From assembly GCA_030141605.1 (NCBI GenBank), contig JAQGDQ010000500.1:63307-127306 (forward strand): DNA of 64,000 bases. Direction: 5' to 3'. The first letter of the stretch is position 1, and every line of letters begins with the position of its first letter. The stretch is from Tubiluchus corallicola. Its lineage: Eukaryota; Animalia; Priapulida. The notes beneath the pieces were generated by a model. It made no database searches and had not been told where the DNA came from. It was given only the letters and a program-made list of their open reading frames with translations. Of this stretch, positions 51,329 through 64,000 are shown one piece after another. The position numbers and the translations under genes were made by a program.

Positions 51329-53910
51329 GTCAGAATTTATGCTTAAACTAAAATGTATGTGATTTTAAAACTTTTGTGTATTGTGTAAATAATGTTATCA
51401 TTGTATGGAAATAGTTGCCCTGTGTCTGTACAAAATAGGCCTATCTTACCTTAGTCAGTTTAAGTCTGAGGTTAAATTATAATAACATATAGTTGTGGTT
51501 TCTTTCGTCAATGTCCAGCCAAACAAAATTTATTAACTTGTTTGTAGCTGTTGTTGTACTCTCTAAATTTTTGTTTACAGTAAAAAATTTAGTTTCTGAA
51601 CTTATGTGCACATTTCAAAGTAGATTAAATTTAATGAGTTTTAGTTTTATTACATGTGTATTTTGATGGAACATTTTAATGTGATTTTATGTTTTTGAAT
51701 CATGATTATAAGAATTGGGTGCAAAGATCATCATTTTAATGATGGCTGTTACAGGATGAACAGTGATGAACTAAAGTAGTGTATTATAGTTGTACAGAAA
51801 ATTAATATCTGAAAGAAAAGTTTCTACTGAATATGGTACCCACACGTAGCTATAAAACAATAACATATATATCTAAGGTTTTTTCCCTGAGCAACGAATA
51901 TTACTTTCGTTACTTTGACAAAGGTTTACAACACACCGTCATGCCCTTCTAAACAAAGTAAAATCATGTCACACAAAATAAATGAGAAATTACTTAAATT
52001 ATAGCGGTTTCGGCAGTAAAGCAGCATAACATGTTCATCCTCTTTGTACACGGTTTTTTGTTTATAAAGTGCACATTTGAAGCAAGGTGGCAGTAGTGCT
52101 GCACAAAGTTGATAATCTCTACTATGCGATGGCCTCTTCAGTCGTTTAACTATTAATTACTTTTTGCAAATTTACTGTGAGTTGTTGACACATTTCAATC
52201 GATGATTGCAGAGACCTATGCAAACAGAGCAAGATCTTCCAAGGTTAGTGCACTGAAATGCTGAAGCATCTTTAGTACAATTCTTCCTTCTTTGACGCTT
52301 CTCTTCCCATAGTAGCTGAAGCCTATCTTCGTTGTGCTTCACCCCATCAAACAGTGGCATCTGCCAAGTTTCCCTGTCTGAAGTTGCTGTTTCCAGTTTT
52401 TGGCAATTACGTACAATGAACGAGAGTAAAGTTTTATTTAGTATGACTTAAGACATCTGATATGGTGGTCTCATTGATAGGCTTCCTTATTTCGGTTCAA
52501 TTTCTGTTGCAATCTTTTTTATAACAATTTGAAATAATAATAATTCAAACATGCTAAAATAAACAATCTACAGTTTCTACAATCATCACAATTTTAATTA
52601 AAAAACAAATTTTCTGGAAAACTTTACATGCAGTTTAATTCCATGTAAAGCTTGATGCTGTTTGACTTCCATCACTAAGAACGCACAAGATCTATTCAGT
52701 ATTAAACTGCTTCTGCCCTCTGGATGCTCTGGAAACAATTTCTGTTTTCTGTCCTGTTTTTCGTTTTTTTCCCTCTATTTATCTTGTTTAACCTGTGCAC
52801 ACTTGTTTATCTGTTTGTTTTAGTTCTCATTTATTTAGCTGTTTTTTTCATTTGTGGCTGACTTATTGGTAACAATTGTGCACATTTCTGACATGTATCT
52901 GGAAAAGAACCGGAAATGTTTGTCTATGCACACATTCAATTTGGCCATAATAATGCGGTTCAATATTCCAACGAAGTGAACAAAAATGTAAACCCAAGCG
53001 TCAAAAATAATGGAATTGTAGTTTAAAAAGTTGAACAAACGTGGAAATATGTCTTTATATACAGTGTGTAAAAATTTGATCTGATGCCATTTGAAACTTT
53101 ACGAATGCAGTGCTTTGTTGAAACTATCATAAAAGATTTTGAAATTTGGTGAGTAGGTTATAATGTAATTTTACATTTTGTTAATATAAGTCACCTTAGA
53201 GATAAGTATACATGTAACTCTTGGTTTAGAATATTGTCATTGTAGCATTAAGTTTTGTTGAAACTGAAATACTGTAAAACATTCTAAAATGTGGAGACTA
53301 AAGTATAATTATACATTTCATATTTTTTTAAATGTAAACATCCCTAAAGATGGGCATATTATTTAACTCTCCGTTCAGAATATTGATATTGTGTGAGTCG
53401 TCAGAATTGAGATGAAACTGAAATACAGAAATGATGGCCAGTTTCTCCTGGTGATTTCCCACATTGTCTGGAGAAAAAGTCAAATAGCAGATGACAAATC
53501 GCCGTGCTTGTAAATTCGGATAATACGTCTAGCTTGTCAACAGTTATGCGTGAGATACTTTCCAAAAAAATAACTAAACTTCAGATGCCGATCATAAATT
53601 CGATGATCATGATTACGTGTTCAAAAGTTGTGACAAAATAATATTGTAAATAATATAATAGATTTAATATTGTAAATACAAGAACACAGATTAGAATGTC
53701 GTAATAATTATTATGACAAAAGATTAGTATAATGTTCACATCTTGATTAATATGCTTTTAGATCATTCCTGTAATAAAGTCGCATGTTAAGTATTGCAAG
53801 TATTGCGTGGGCGTGATGGCGGTCTTAGTATTTAATTATAATATTATAATCACAAGGTTTTTATTATTTTAGCAACCAAAACTTAGAGAGATATTAGTTG
53901 AATATTCAAA

Positions 53911-56900
53911 ATGAGGTCATACTATACACTGCTGCATTTGATTGTTTTCCTGTTCATTAACTGTAAGTAAAAACAAAAAATTATTTCTTAATGTCAGAGA
54001 TACTTTTACTCTATAGTAATGCAAAGAACAACTAGTTACATTATTTCCCAGTTTCTCAGAAACATTGTATTTCCACTAGGGGGCAAAAACCAAAAAATGG
54101 GGGTCGGGAACAGAAATGCATCGAGTGTCTACGAATACTACCATGTAGAACATCAAATAAAAGGTCTCGATGAGGCGAATCGAATGGCATCGGTTACAGT
54201 GTGAATCGTTAACCTGTGACCCAGTTAGGGGCAAAATAGGGGTCGAGGAGACAAATGACTCCAGGGTCTACCAAAAGCAGGTTGTTGTATATCAAATGAA
54301 AAACCTCAATGAGACAAACTGAATGATATAAGTTATGGCAAGATTTTTGATCTTTGACCCGTGGGTGGATGGGCTGAACAGTTAAATGCTGAGGCTTCAT
54401 TGTGAAATACACTTTCCATGTATTCAAGCAATTCAATAAAAGAATAGAGCATTTTTAAAAAAGGCTGTCATCTCTTCATTTTTAAAGCTGAATTTTACAA
54501 CTATTGTTTGCAAAATGTTCAGTTTCTGACCCGGTCAGAAACATTGTTAGCTGGTTTATTTCCTTTTTATAACGAAAAGTCCTGTTATATAATTCATGTT
54601 ACCACAGAAATGTTCCTAGTAGATTAAATACGGTCATTAGGTGAACCTTGCCTTAGTCCCTTACCTTATCTTAGCTGTGACTGTCTCTAACTTAATCACG
54701 TTTGTCAGCTTGAGACTTGATGTTAACATGAGCTTTAATACATATAAGTTAAAATTTCCAAACCTGTGATTACTTGGTTAAATTCTTGATTTGCAGGTGT
54801 GCAGGATGAAACACAAGCAACATCTTTTTTACAAGAACCCGAGGATGTTGTTGCTCTTCCTGGAGGTGAAGTTCAGCTAGCATGTGTGCTAGAAAGTGAT
54901 TCTATCCAACCTGGTTTCAGTGTTACCTGGTTTCTTAATGATGAACAGCAAGTCATAGATCGTGTAAACTTCATGTTTGTTGACAGTGATCCTGGTGCCA
55001 GTGGAGACCTTAGTATAAAAGTTCTGAATATAAATGTAAATCAACGGGATGGGACCTATTACTGCAGGTATAGCGAATATACTGGAAAATTTGAAAACTC
55101 ACGTAAAGTAGAAGTTACTGTTGTTGGTAAGTATGTAAGACATTCTTAGTTACTTTTAATACTTTTGCTCAGTATTTTATTCAGGGCTTCTGATCTTTTG
55201 TGATCATGGAAAATGGACAGAATTCACATGGGCAACTGAAACAGCTGCGAAAAACAGAATTAGTCTAATTTAGTTTTCATTATTTATTCACTTAATTGTT
55301 GCTTAATTAATTCATTCATATCTGACTTAGTGTGTATAATATAGTAACTGTTGTGTAGAAACGTTATCTCTGACGTGTATCTAGGAAATATTTGAAAATG
55401 TGTTTATGAACTAATTTAAAGTCGTAATTATAATAGTTCCAGCAACTATCAGTATGCTGCTGAATGATGTGCCACATGTGAAACACTCGATTACAGTTGA
55501 AGTAGAAGACATCTGTAATCAGCTCAAATGTGAAGCCATAAGCAACTGCAAAGTTCTGCCAACCATAAGTTGGTTTATTGGTAATATCTTTCTAATTATT
55601 ATATACTTTAATGATCTATGTAACTTAATCTGTTTTGATATAAATTAATCATATCATATCATCATCTTCATCATCACCACCTGACTAAGTTACTGCTTAC
55701 ATCAACACACATGCCATGCCAGCTTTTATCATATCCTTGTCACCAGCACCACCTTACTACAGTAGCCCTTACTTAAACTATATTAAAATATTTTTAAATA
55801 GATTATCATTGACATAAAGGAAATATTAAGTGTACATTAGGTGCATTAAATCAAAAACCTATTTATACGCCACATATTTTCTTGTTATCATCAGGTTATA
55901 ATTTATATTACATGCAGGTTCAGCTCCTGTCAACTCTCGTTCAGAAACTATGCTGGATCTAAACACTAATTTTACTAATGTTGTGAGCACATTGGATGAT
56001 TATTCATTTAAACCTGAAGACAATGGAAAACAGCTGACCTGTCAGGTTTTTATACATGACATTTTGTCAAAACAATTTATTTACAGGACACTAAATGTAC
56101 AATGTAAGTTAAATTTTTATTAATCTATGTTACTGCTAGATGTAAGTAAAATTTTCAGACCGAGTGTTCATGTTACAACCACCACATAAGGAACACGTTT
56201 TAAACACTGTGTATTGAAGAAGTGTATGTAGCATGCTGCAAATGACCTTGATGGGTCTGGGTCTTTTAGAGTGAAAAAGTGAAGTAAAATTGAACAGTAA
56301 ATAAAAGTAACATTAAAATCAAAATTATTGTTAATGATGTTACAAATCCACAATTTTTTAGTTTTGATGTCCAGGCTTTTCTTTTTTTCTTTGACTCTCT
56401 TTCTATTTATCCTCTTTCCCTGTATCTCTCCTTCTGTCTTGTCTTGCATTCCTGCTATATATAAGGAGATACGTTTTTGATACAGATATTACATCTGTTA
56501 CCGTGAAATTGCCCAATGGAGATGATACTAAGATTACAGTTGGCAGTGGCTTTGAGCTGATTTGTGATGCAAATGGGAACCCAGAACCTTCTTATCAGTG
56601 GAGTGGTCCTAATTTGTCAAGTGGAAACACCGGCAAAAAAGTTACGAAGAAAAATGTGGAATTAGTTGACGGAGGGACATACACTTGTACAGCTAGGAAT
56701 GTTGTTGGAGAGAGAAAGGGCAGCTTAACTATAAAAATTGTAAAAGAGGGTGACAAGGAAGAAAGCGGTGATAAAGAAAATGGTGGTGGGGGATCTGGAG
56801 ATGGGGATAATGGTAAGTGCATTGATTAAGAACCTAAGAGAATTAACCTTGCAAAAACACAGAAGTGGTTGTTAGTTATGCAATAGTTTTGTTTCTGTTA

Positions 56901-58240
56901 CCGGAGTGTCGTACATTTTCATTTGCGATTGATAACTGAAAGTACTACTACCAATAATTAAACATGTGCTGGCACCTACATTTAAGATTGTTCATTTTTG
57001 TAGCTTAATTTAAGTTTAATGAAGAGTGATAGAGTGAGATTGAATTATTTTATATTAATTAATTAATTATGCACATCATATAATCAATAAGCTCAACAAA
57101 TTGTTTAACATTAAGTCCATTTTTATACAATGTTGTAATATTAAGCTCACTTGTTGTAATTAATGGTCAATGATATCAGCTGCCCTTTTTCCTAGAATCA
57201 ATGTTAACAGCTGCGTCAGGGCAACGGCTTTCTAGAAAGAGCAATGACCAGCTGCACACAGTTCTTAGAAACTGTTACAGGGCAATGAATCACTGTACTC
57301 ATTTCCGTATGTCCTGGATACAGCAATGACCAGATGTGCTCATTTCCCTACTTCCTGGTAACAGTAATGACCAGATGTGCTCATTTCCCTATTTCCTGGA
57401 TACAGGTATGGCCAGATGTGCTCATTTCCCTACTTCCTGGAAACAGTAATGACCAGATGTGCTCATTTCCCTATTTCCTGGATACAGTTATGACCAGATG
57501 TGCTCATTTCCGTATGTCCTAGAAACAGCAATGACCAGTTGTGCTCATTTCCCTATTTCCTGGATATAGTTACGACCAGATGTGTTCATTTCCCTATTTC
57601 GTGGTTACAGCAACGACCAGTTGTGCTTACTTCCTAGAAATAGCCATTAACACCTGCATCCAGTTCTTGGAAACCGTCGCATCAGGACAAAGACTCACTC
57701 CTAGGAAACACCCTAGCAGCTGCATAGTCCTGCCTATACAGCCAATCAGCAACAAAATGCTCTGACCAATAAGACTCAAGCTGACCACTGACCAGAACTT
57801 GGTTGACAGTATTCCTTTCAGGTTATTACAATTTTTTAATTTTTTTAATCAAAGAGAGAACGAATGATGTTACGTAAAGTATTTCTAAGAATTTTTTGAT
57901 AAATCATAACCATTATACTATGTTGATAATGCAGAGAATTAATTAGCTTCAATGTATATTGATTATTAATGGTGTACTTGTCCTGGGACCTACATTTTAA
58001 GTTTATTGATTCTAGCCCTTTGCATTTGGGAGTTAAGAAGAATTAAATAGTTGAAAATTGAATGCCTAACATCAATGATGAAAAACCAGCATAAGGCCTG
58101 TAGCTCCTACATCTGTGAGTTTAGTTACAAGCATTAATGTTCTTGATTTTGTTCCAGGACAAAATGGTTGCAATTTTCCGAGAAAGACCTTGTTTGGACA
58201 CGTTGTTATTCTCACTGTTATTGTTCATTTTATTAGATGA
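53911..58240 (+). CDS. GPI-anchored 3-Ig protein, copy B, with a different N-terminal Ig domain, 373 aa
   Basis: Exons 53911-53962, 54797-55126, 55437-55580, 55918-56103, 56486-56812, 58158-58240; same lengths and phases as copy A, all open. Confidence 0.88.
54045..54555. mobile_element. Non-autonomous element with a 3' hairpin (Helentron/HINE-like) in the copy-B leader intron
   Basis: Starts ccagtttctcagaaacattgt; has two diverged internal repeats (atcaaat(a/g)aaa...ctc(g/a)atgag); ends gtttctgacc-c-ggtcagaaac attgttagctggt. The family call is inference. Confidence 0.5.
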
Positions 58241-60856
58241 GTCAGAATTTATGCTTAAACTAAAATGTATGTGATTTTAAAACTTTTGTGTATTGTGTAA
58301 ATATTTTTATCATTGTATGGAAATAGTTGCCCTGAGTCTGTACAAAATAGGCCTATCTTACCTTAGTCAGTTTAAGTCTGAGGTTAAATTATAATAAGAT
58401 ATAGTTGCAGTTTCTTCCATCAATGTCCAGCCAAACAAAATTTATTAACTTGTTTGTAGCTGTTGTTGTACTCTCTAAATTTTTGTTTACAGTAAATTTA
58501 GTTTCTGAACTTATGTGCACATTTCAAAGTAGATTAAATTTAATGAATTTTAGTTTTATTACATGTGTATTTTGATGGAACATTTTAATGTGATTTTATG
58601 TTTTTGAATCATGATTATGAGAATTCGGTGCAAAGATCATCATTTTAACGATGGCTGTTAGAGGATGAACAGTGATGAACTAAAGTGTTGTTTTATAGTT
58701 GTGCAGAAAATTAATACCTGAAAGAAAATTTTCTACTGCGTATGCTACCTACACGTAGCTAAAACAATAACATATATATCTAAGATTTTTTCACTGAGCA
58801 ACGAATGTTACTTTCATTACTTTGACAAAGGTTTACGACACACCCTCATGTGCTTCTAAACGAACTAAGATCATGTCACACAAAATAAATGAGAAATTAC
58901 TTAAATGGTAGCGGTTTCGACAGTAAAGCAGCATAACATGTTCGTCCTCTTTGTACACGGTTTTTTGTTTATAAAGTGACATTTGAAGCAAGGTGGCAGT
59001 AGTGCTGCACAAAGTTGATAATCTTTACTATGCGATGGCCTCTTCAGTTGTTTAACTATTAATTAGTTTTTGCAAATTTACTGTGAGTTGTTGACACATT
59101 TCAGTCGATGATTGCAGAGACCTACGCGAACAGAACAAGATCTTCCAAGGTTAGTGCACTGAAATGCTGAAGCATCTTTGGTACGATTCTTTCTTCTTTG
59201 ACGCTTCTCTTCCCATAGTAGCTGAAGCCTATCTTCATTGTGCTTCACCACATCAAACAATGGCTTCCGCCAAGTTTCCCCGTCTGAAGTTGCTGCTTCC
59301 AGTTTTTGGCAATTACGTACAATGAACGAGAGTAAAGTTTTATTTAGTATGACTTAAGACATCTGATATGGTGGTTCCATTGATAGGCTTCCTTGTTTCG
59401 GTTTAGTTACTGTTACTTTCTACAATCATTACAGTTTTAATTAGACAAAATCAGACAATTAAAAAAATTAGTTCTCATTATCTATTTAGCTGTTTTTTAT
59501 TTATTCATTTGTGTCTGACTTACTAGTAACAATTGTTCACATTTCTGACATGTGTCTGGAAAAGAATCGGAAATGTTTGTCTATGCACACATTCAATTTG
59601 GCCATAATAATGCGGTTCAATATTCCAACGAAGTGAACAAAAATGTAAAACCAAGCGTCAAAAATAATGGAATTGTAGTTTAAAAAGTTGAACAAACCTG
59701 GAAATATGTCTTTATATACAGTGTGTAGAAATCAGAGCTGATGGTATTGAAACTTTACAAATGCGGTGCTTTATTGAAACTATCATAAAATATTTTGAAA
59801 TCTGGTGAGTAGGTTATAATGTAATTTTACATTTTGTTAATATAAGTCACCTTAGAGATAAGTATACATTTATCGCTTAGTTTAGAATACTATTATTGTA
59901 GCATTAAGTTTTATTGAAACTGAAATACTATAAAACATTTTAAAATGTGGAGACTAAATTATAATTATAAATTTTTTATTTTTTTAAATGTAAACATCCC
60001 TAAAGATAGGCATATTGTTTAACTCTCGGTTTAGAATATTGATATTGTGTGAGTCGTCACAATTAAAATGAAACTGAAATAACAGAACAGATGGCCCAGT
60101 TTATCCTGGTGATTTCCCACATTGCCTGGAGCAAAAAGTGAAAAAATAGCAGATGACAATTCGCCGTGCTTGTAAATTCGGATAATACGTCTTGCTTGAC
60201 AACAGTTACGCGTGAGATACTTTCGAAAAATAATAATTAAGCTTCAGATGCCGACCATAAAATCGATGATCATGACTACGTGTTCAAAAGTTGTGACAAA
60301 ATAAAAATTACTTTGTCAAGGTGGTCACTGGATGTGTTGTAGTGGCAATGAATGAAACAAACAGAAAATTTATTCCTGTTCATTAACTGAAATCAGGCTG
60401 TTTCCGAATTTCGGTGCATCCCTCCTATGTTTAGATTTCTAGTAACCAGAGAGCTCTGGGGTAGTTTTTTTGTTTTTAATTTGTGCCAAGACGTGACTGG
60501 AAATAATTTTGTTGATCCAATTCAAAAGTGCTCATATCAGTTGGAAGAATGTAAATTTGATTGTGTTTATCGCAAAAATTTACATTTTTTCTGTGTAGAT
60601 TTAATACTATAAAAACAAGAAAACAGATTAGAATGTCGTGATAATTATTATGACAAAAGGATAGTATAAAAACTATAATGTTCACATCTCGATTAATATG
60701 CTTTTAGATCATTCCTGTAATAAAGTCGCATGTTACGTATTGCAAGTATTGCGTGGCTGTGATGGCGGTCTTAGTATTTAATTATAATATTGTAATCACA
60801 AGGTTTTTATTATTTTAGCAACCAAAACTTATTGAGATATTAGTTGAATATTCAAA

Positions 60857-62749
60857 ATGAGGTCATACCATACACTGCTGCATTTGATTGTTTTCCTGTT
60901 CATTAACTGTAAGTAAAAACAAAAAATTATTTCTTAATGTCAGAGATACTTTTACTCTATAGTAATGCAAAGAAAATCTAGTTACATTATTTACCAGTTT
61001 CTCAGAAACATTGTATTTCAGTGCACAATTCCAAGTGATAATTTAAAACTCTAAACATTTGATTTGTTGCAATTATCATAATACTACATGGTTCCACATA
61101 TTTTCGCTCCTCCCTGTAGTATTATGTGCAGTTACACATTACTTGAGAGGATAATTTAAATGCCAAATACCCATTTTGGAAAGCTTATTTTGTGTTAGCA
61201 CACCACAAACAATTTCAGTAGAAGCAATTAAACTCAAACGTCGTCAACACTACACACAAACAACAAAAGGAGACAAACAACTGCAAATCATTCATTCTAC
61301 AACGGCACACACATACAAAATTACCACCAACAGAAAAAGGTCATCAGGTGAAATTCAGATTACTGTTCCTACTCACTATCTTCAACCTCCATTCAACTCA
61401 ATGGATGAAATACAAGAACTATGCAGTTAAAATCAGCACCTAATCAATTATACCATTTTCCTCCTAAGCAAAATTACGTTGTTGGAAAGTTTGTGTAAAA
61501 CTCTGCTCATGGTAACAGTTGCTCTTTGTTGATGCAACGCCTGTTAAACTCTCATTCTAATTTATCTTTTTTTCAATTTCTTTTTATTAAATTCCTTATG
61601 TATGTAAAGCTTCTCATATTTTTACCAAAACCTTGTGAAAGTTTTAAAGTTTAATTGTGTTTCATTAACTATGAAAATAAAATTAATTGCTACTAATACT
61701 ATGCAATTATTAAGTTTAATTACTATTTTAGACATACATAGTTCACTGCAGATAGTGGTCATATGCTTGCTACTGCAGCAGAGAATGTGAACCGACAAAG
61801 TAATGCTGTCACACTGTACACATGTTACTTATATGTACAATTTATATGACATACCTGTTTACATTTATATATATTGTACTGCAGGGCTGTGATGAAATAG
61901 TGTAATGCTGGCAGGGGAATACAGCAGACTTCTCAGGTGTGCGTGTGAACGTGGCTTTAACTAGCACCTAGACTCTTATTCTGACCTTGTGTTAGTGGGA
62001 GCCACTAGTCACGTGCACACCTGAGCTTATAAAAAGGGAAGGTCTGCTGTAGATCCTTGTCAGTGGTCGTCTCATCTCAGCTCTGTTCACACTTCAGGCT
62101 TTGCTCTATTCGGTAACCTTTTTGGAATATTTTTTTTTGGTAATAAATTGTCATTTTTATTTTATTGTTCATTTTGGTTTTTGGTTTTGGCATCGACCTA
62201 CTTGAGACATACCGCACGGTGTAGGTCGCGGTGCCATCCGTTCTGCCTCCATTAAAAGTGGAGAGCAGTCCATTATATATATTATGTATGCATAATCATA
62301 TATCTGTATATGCTCACTTGGTTATAATATTCTATTTTTCAATTCAGTTGATTCATTACACATATTAGTCGTAGCAGCAAAATCTAAATTTCTTATATTT
62401 AAATTTGTATTTTTTACAGATGTACGAAGTGAATTACAATATTTTGAACAAGAACCTGAAGATGTTGCTACTCTTCCTGGAGAAAACGTTGTGGTACAGT
62501 TTGTAGTAAAAAGCGAGGTTCCACTAGGATATCAGTTTTTTTGGTTGCTTAACGACCAGATCATTGATGCAAACGTGGATGATAACTATACTTTTATTAA
62601 CAGTAATCCTTATAACACTAGAAACTGGAGTATAAAGATTAAAGATGTAAACTTAGATCAACGTGATGGTTCCTATAACTGCCGAGTGAATGTTTTTGGT
62701 GAAGGAGGAGGAACTGATGAGTCAAACAAAGGAAATGTAACTGTTGTTG
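60857..62749 (+). CDS. Ig gene copy C, 3'-partial (leader 60857-60908, V exon 62420-62749)
   Basis: Near-identical to copy A; first Ig Cys is changed TGT>TTT; the constant exons would lie beyond the window end. Confidence 0.8.
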
Positions 62750-64000
62750 GTGAGTCAGTATTTTTAATTACCACTTTTCAATTTTTTAAATAAATCAGTA
62801 ATTATACAAGTTGACATTAATCTGTACAATATGATGTATTGTAATTACATTTACATTTACATATGATATGTTCAGATTTGATTTCCGCATATTAGATAAT
62901 AAGAGTTTGTAAGTTTTACAGAAGGAAGTTAAAGTATGAATTGTCACAGTTTTGTAACACAACACCTGCTGTGATGCATCTACAGTTGATGATGATATAG
63001 AATCAGCTTTTGCATTCTCGTTTGTATTGTTCATTAGTACTATTTTCCAAAAAGTTTTAATTTTTAAAGTAGATGCTTCAATTGTTAGTTTTTGTCTTTA
63101 TCAATTTTTGTTGTAAAATTTAAGATGTGAGTAAAGTTTAGAGGTTCATTAACCTGGAAAATGAAATTTATTACTAGTTTAGACAAACGTAATTCCACTG
63201 CGTTAGCGACAGCATGCCTACTAGTAGTAAATGCTGACAAGACAATGCTGTCACACTGTATATGTGGGTCACTTATGTGTACAAGTTGCAGAAGTTGAGA
63301 TAAAGTATGAAATGTCATAGAGAGTAGTGACACAATAGGTGCCCTGATGCATATTATTTTTTATTTACCATCTATCACACATTATATGATTTGATAATAA
63401 AGATTAGTCCAAGGCCAAGAGTAGAAATGACCAGTTTTTACCCATATAGTGTAAGAAACAGTGACAGCGGTAAACAACTCTGCAGTAGTATTGAGTCAAT
63501 GGAAAGCTGCCATTATTATGGAGCAGGTCCTGAGTGCTCTTCATTGGCGTTCAGTCCTTATCTATTTAGACAACATCATAGTCTATGGCTGAACTTTTGA
63601 GAGTACCTCTCCCTCTTCCAGGAAGCCTTCGTGCACCTAGAAAAAGCTGAGCTTAAATTAAATGTTAAAAAATGTCTTCTCACACAGAAAGAAGTTACTT
63701 ACCTTTATTACATTGTTTCTTCTGATAGTGTCAAGACTGATCTTACTAAAACTGAAGCAGTTTATAATTGGCCCCAACATCAAAACTTGCAGCAACTTTT
63801 GCAGACTGTGTACTTACTAGAGGCGCTTTTTTACATTGCATCACTTCACATCACTTTACATCGCATCACTTCACATCACATCACATCACATTCCATCACT
63901 TCATATCACTTCACATCACTTTACATCACATCACATTACATTGCATCATATTATATTACATAATATTATTTAGTACCAGCCAAGTATTTTCACTACTAGT

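Larger units (their letters stand above)
42660..64000 (+). repeat. Tandem segmental duplication: units of about 42660-51694, 51695-58603 and 58604 to beyond the window end
   Basis: Each unit starts ttgaatcatgattat(a/g)agaatt and is colinear with the others apart from indels and the V-exon cassette. Confidence 0.93.

Overview
Repeat-rich animal genomic DNA, probably a protostome invertebrate (an intronless, ATD-less ionotropic receptor is present); the taxon cannot be fixed from sequence alone. Four gene blocks on the + strand: (1) 3200-16456, the 3' part of a poly-IQ calmodulin-binding gene (igloo/neurogranin/PEP-19-like) with 8 phase-0 exons carrying 8 intact and 1 degenerate acidic-IQ modules, with introns full of minisatellites (one has 28 perfect CREs); (2) 27116-28483, an intronless divergent ionotropic receptor; (3) 32813-39399, a THAP-domain, probably Kolobok-type transposase gene truncated at a mariner-type terminus, whose intron starts with an 80-bp array of in-frame micro-exon-like cassettes; (4) about 42660-64000, a tandem array of three GPI-anchored 3-Ig (V-C2-I, Kirrel/nectin-like) genes whose leader and constant exons are nearly identical, while the N-terminal Ig exon and its flanking introns are exchanged (A-B-A'). 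Block 4 is the best candidate for an undescribed system: a variable-domain cell-recognition cluster. The rest is 5S-derived SINEs, a tRNA SINE, MITEs, solo LTRs, LINE and Gypsy fragments and microsatellites. Exon models were read by eye from GT/AG sites and reading frame; identities are by-eye counts and family names come from motif recognition, not searches.
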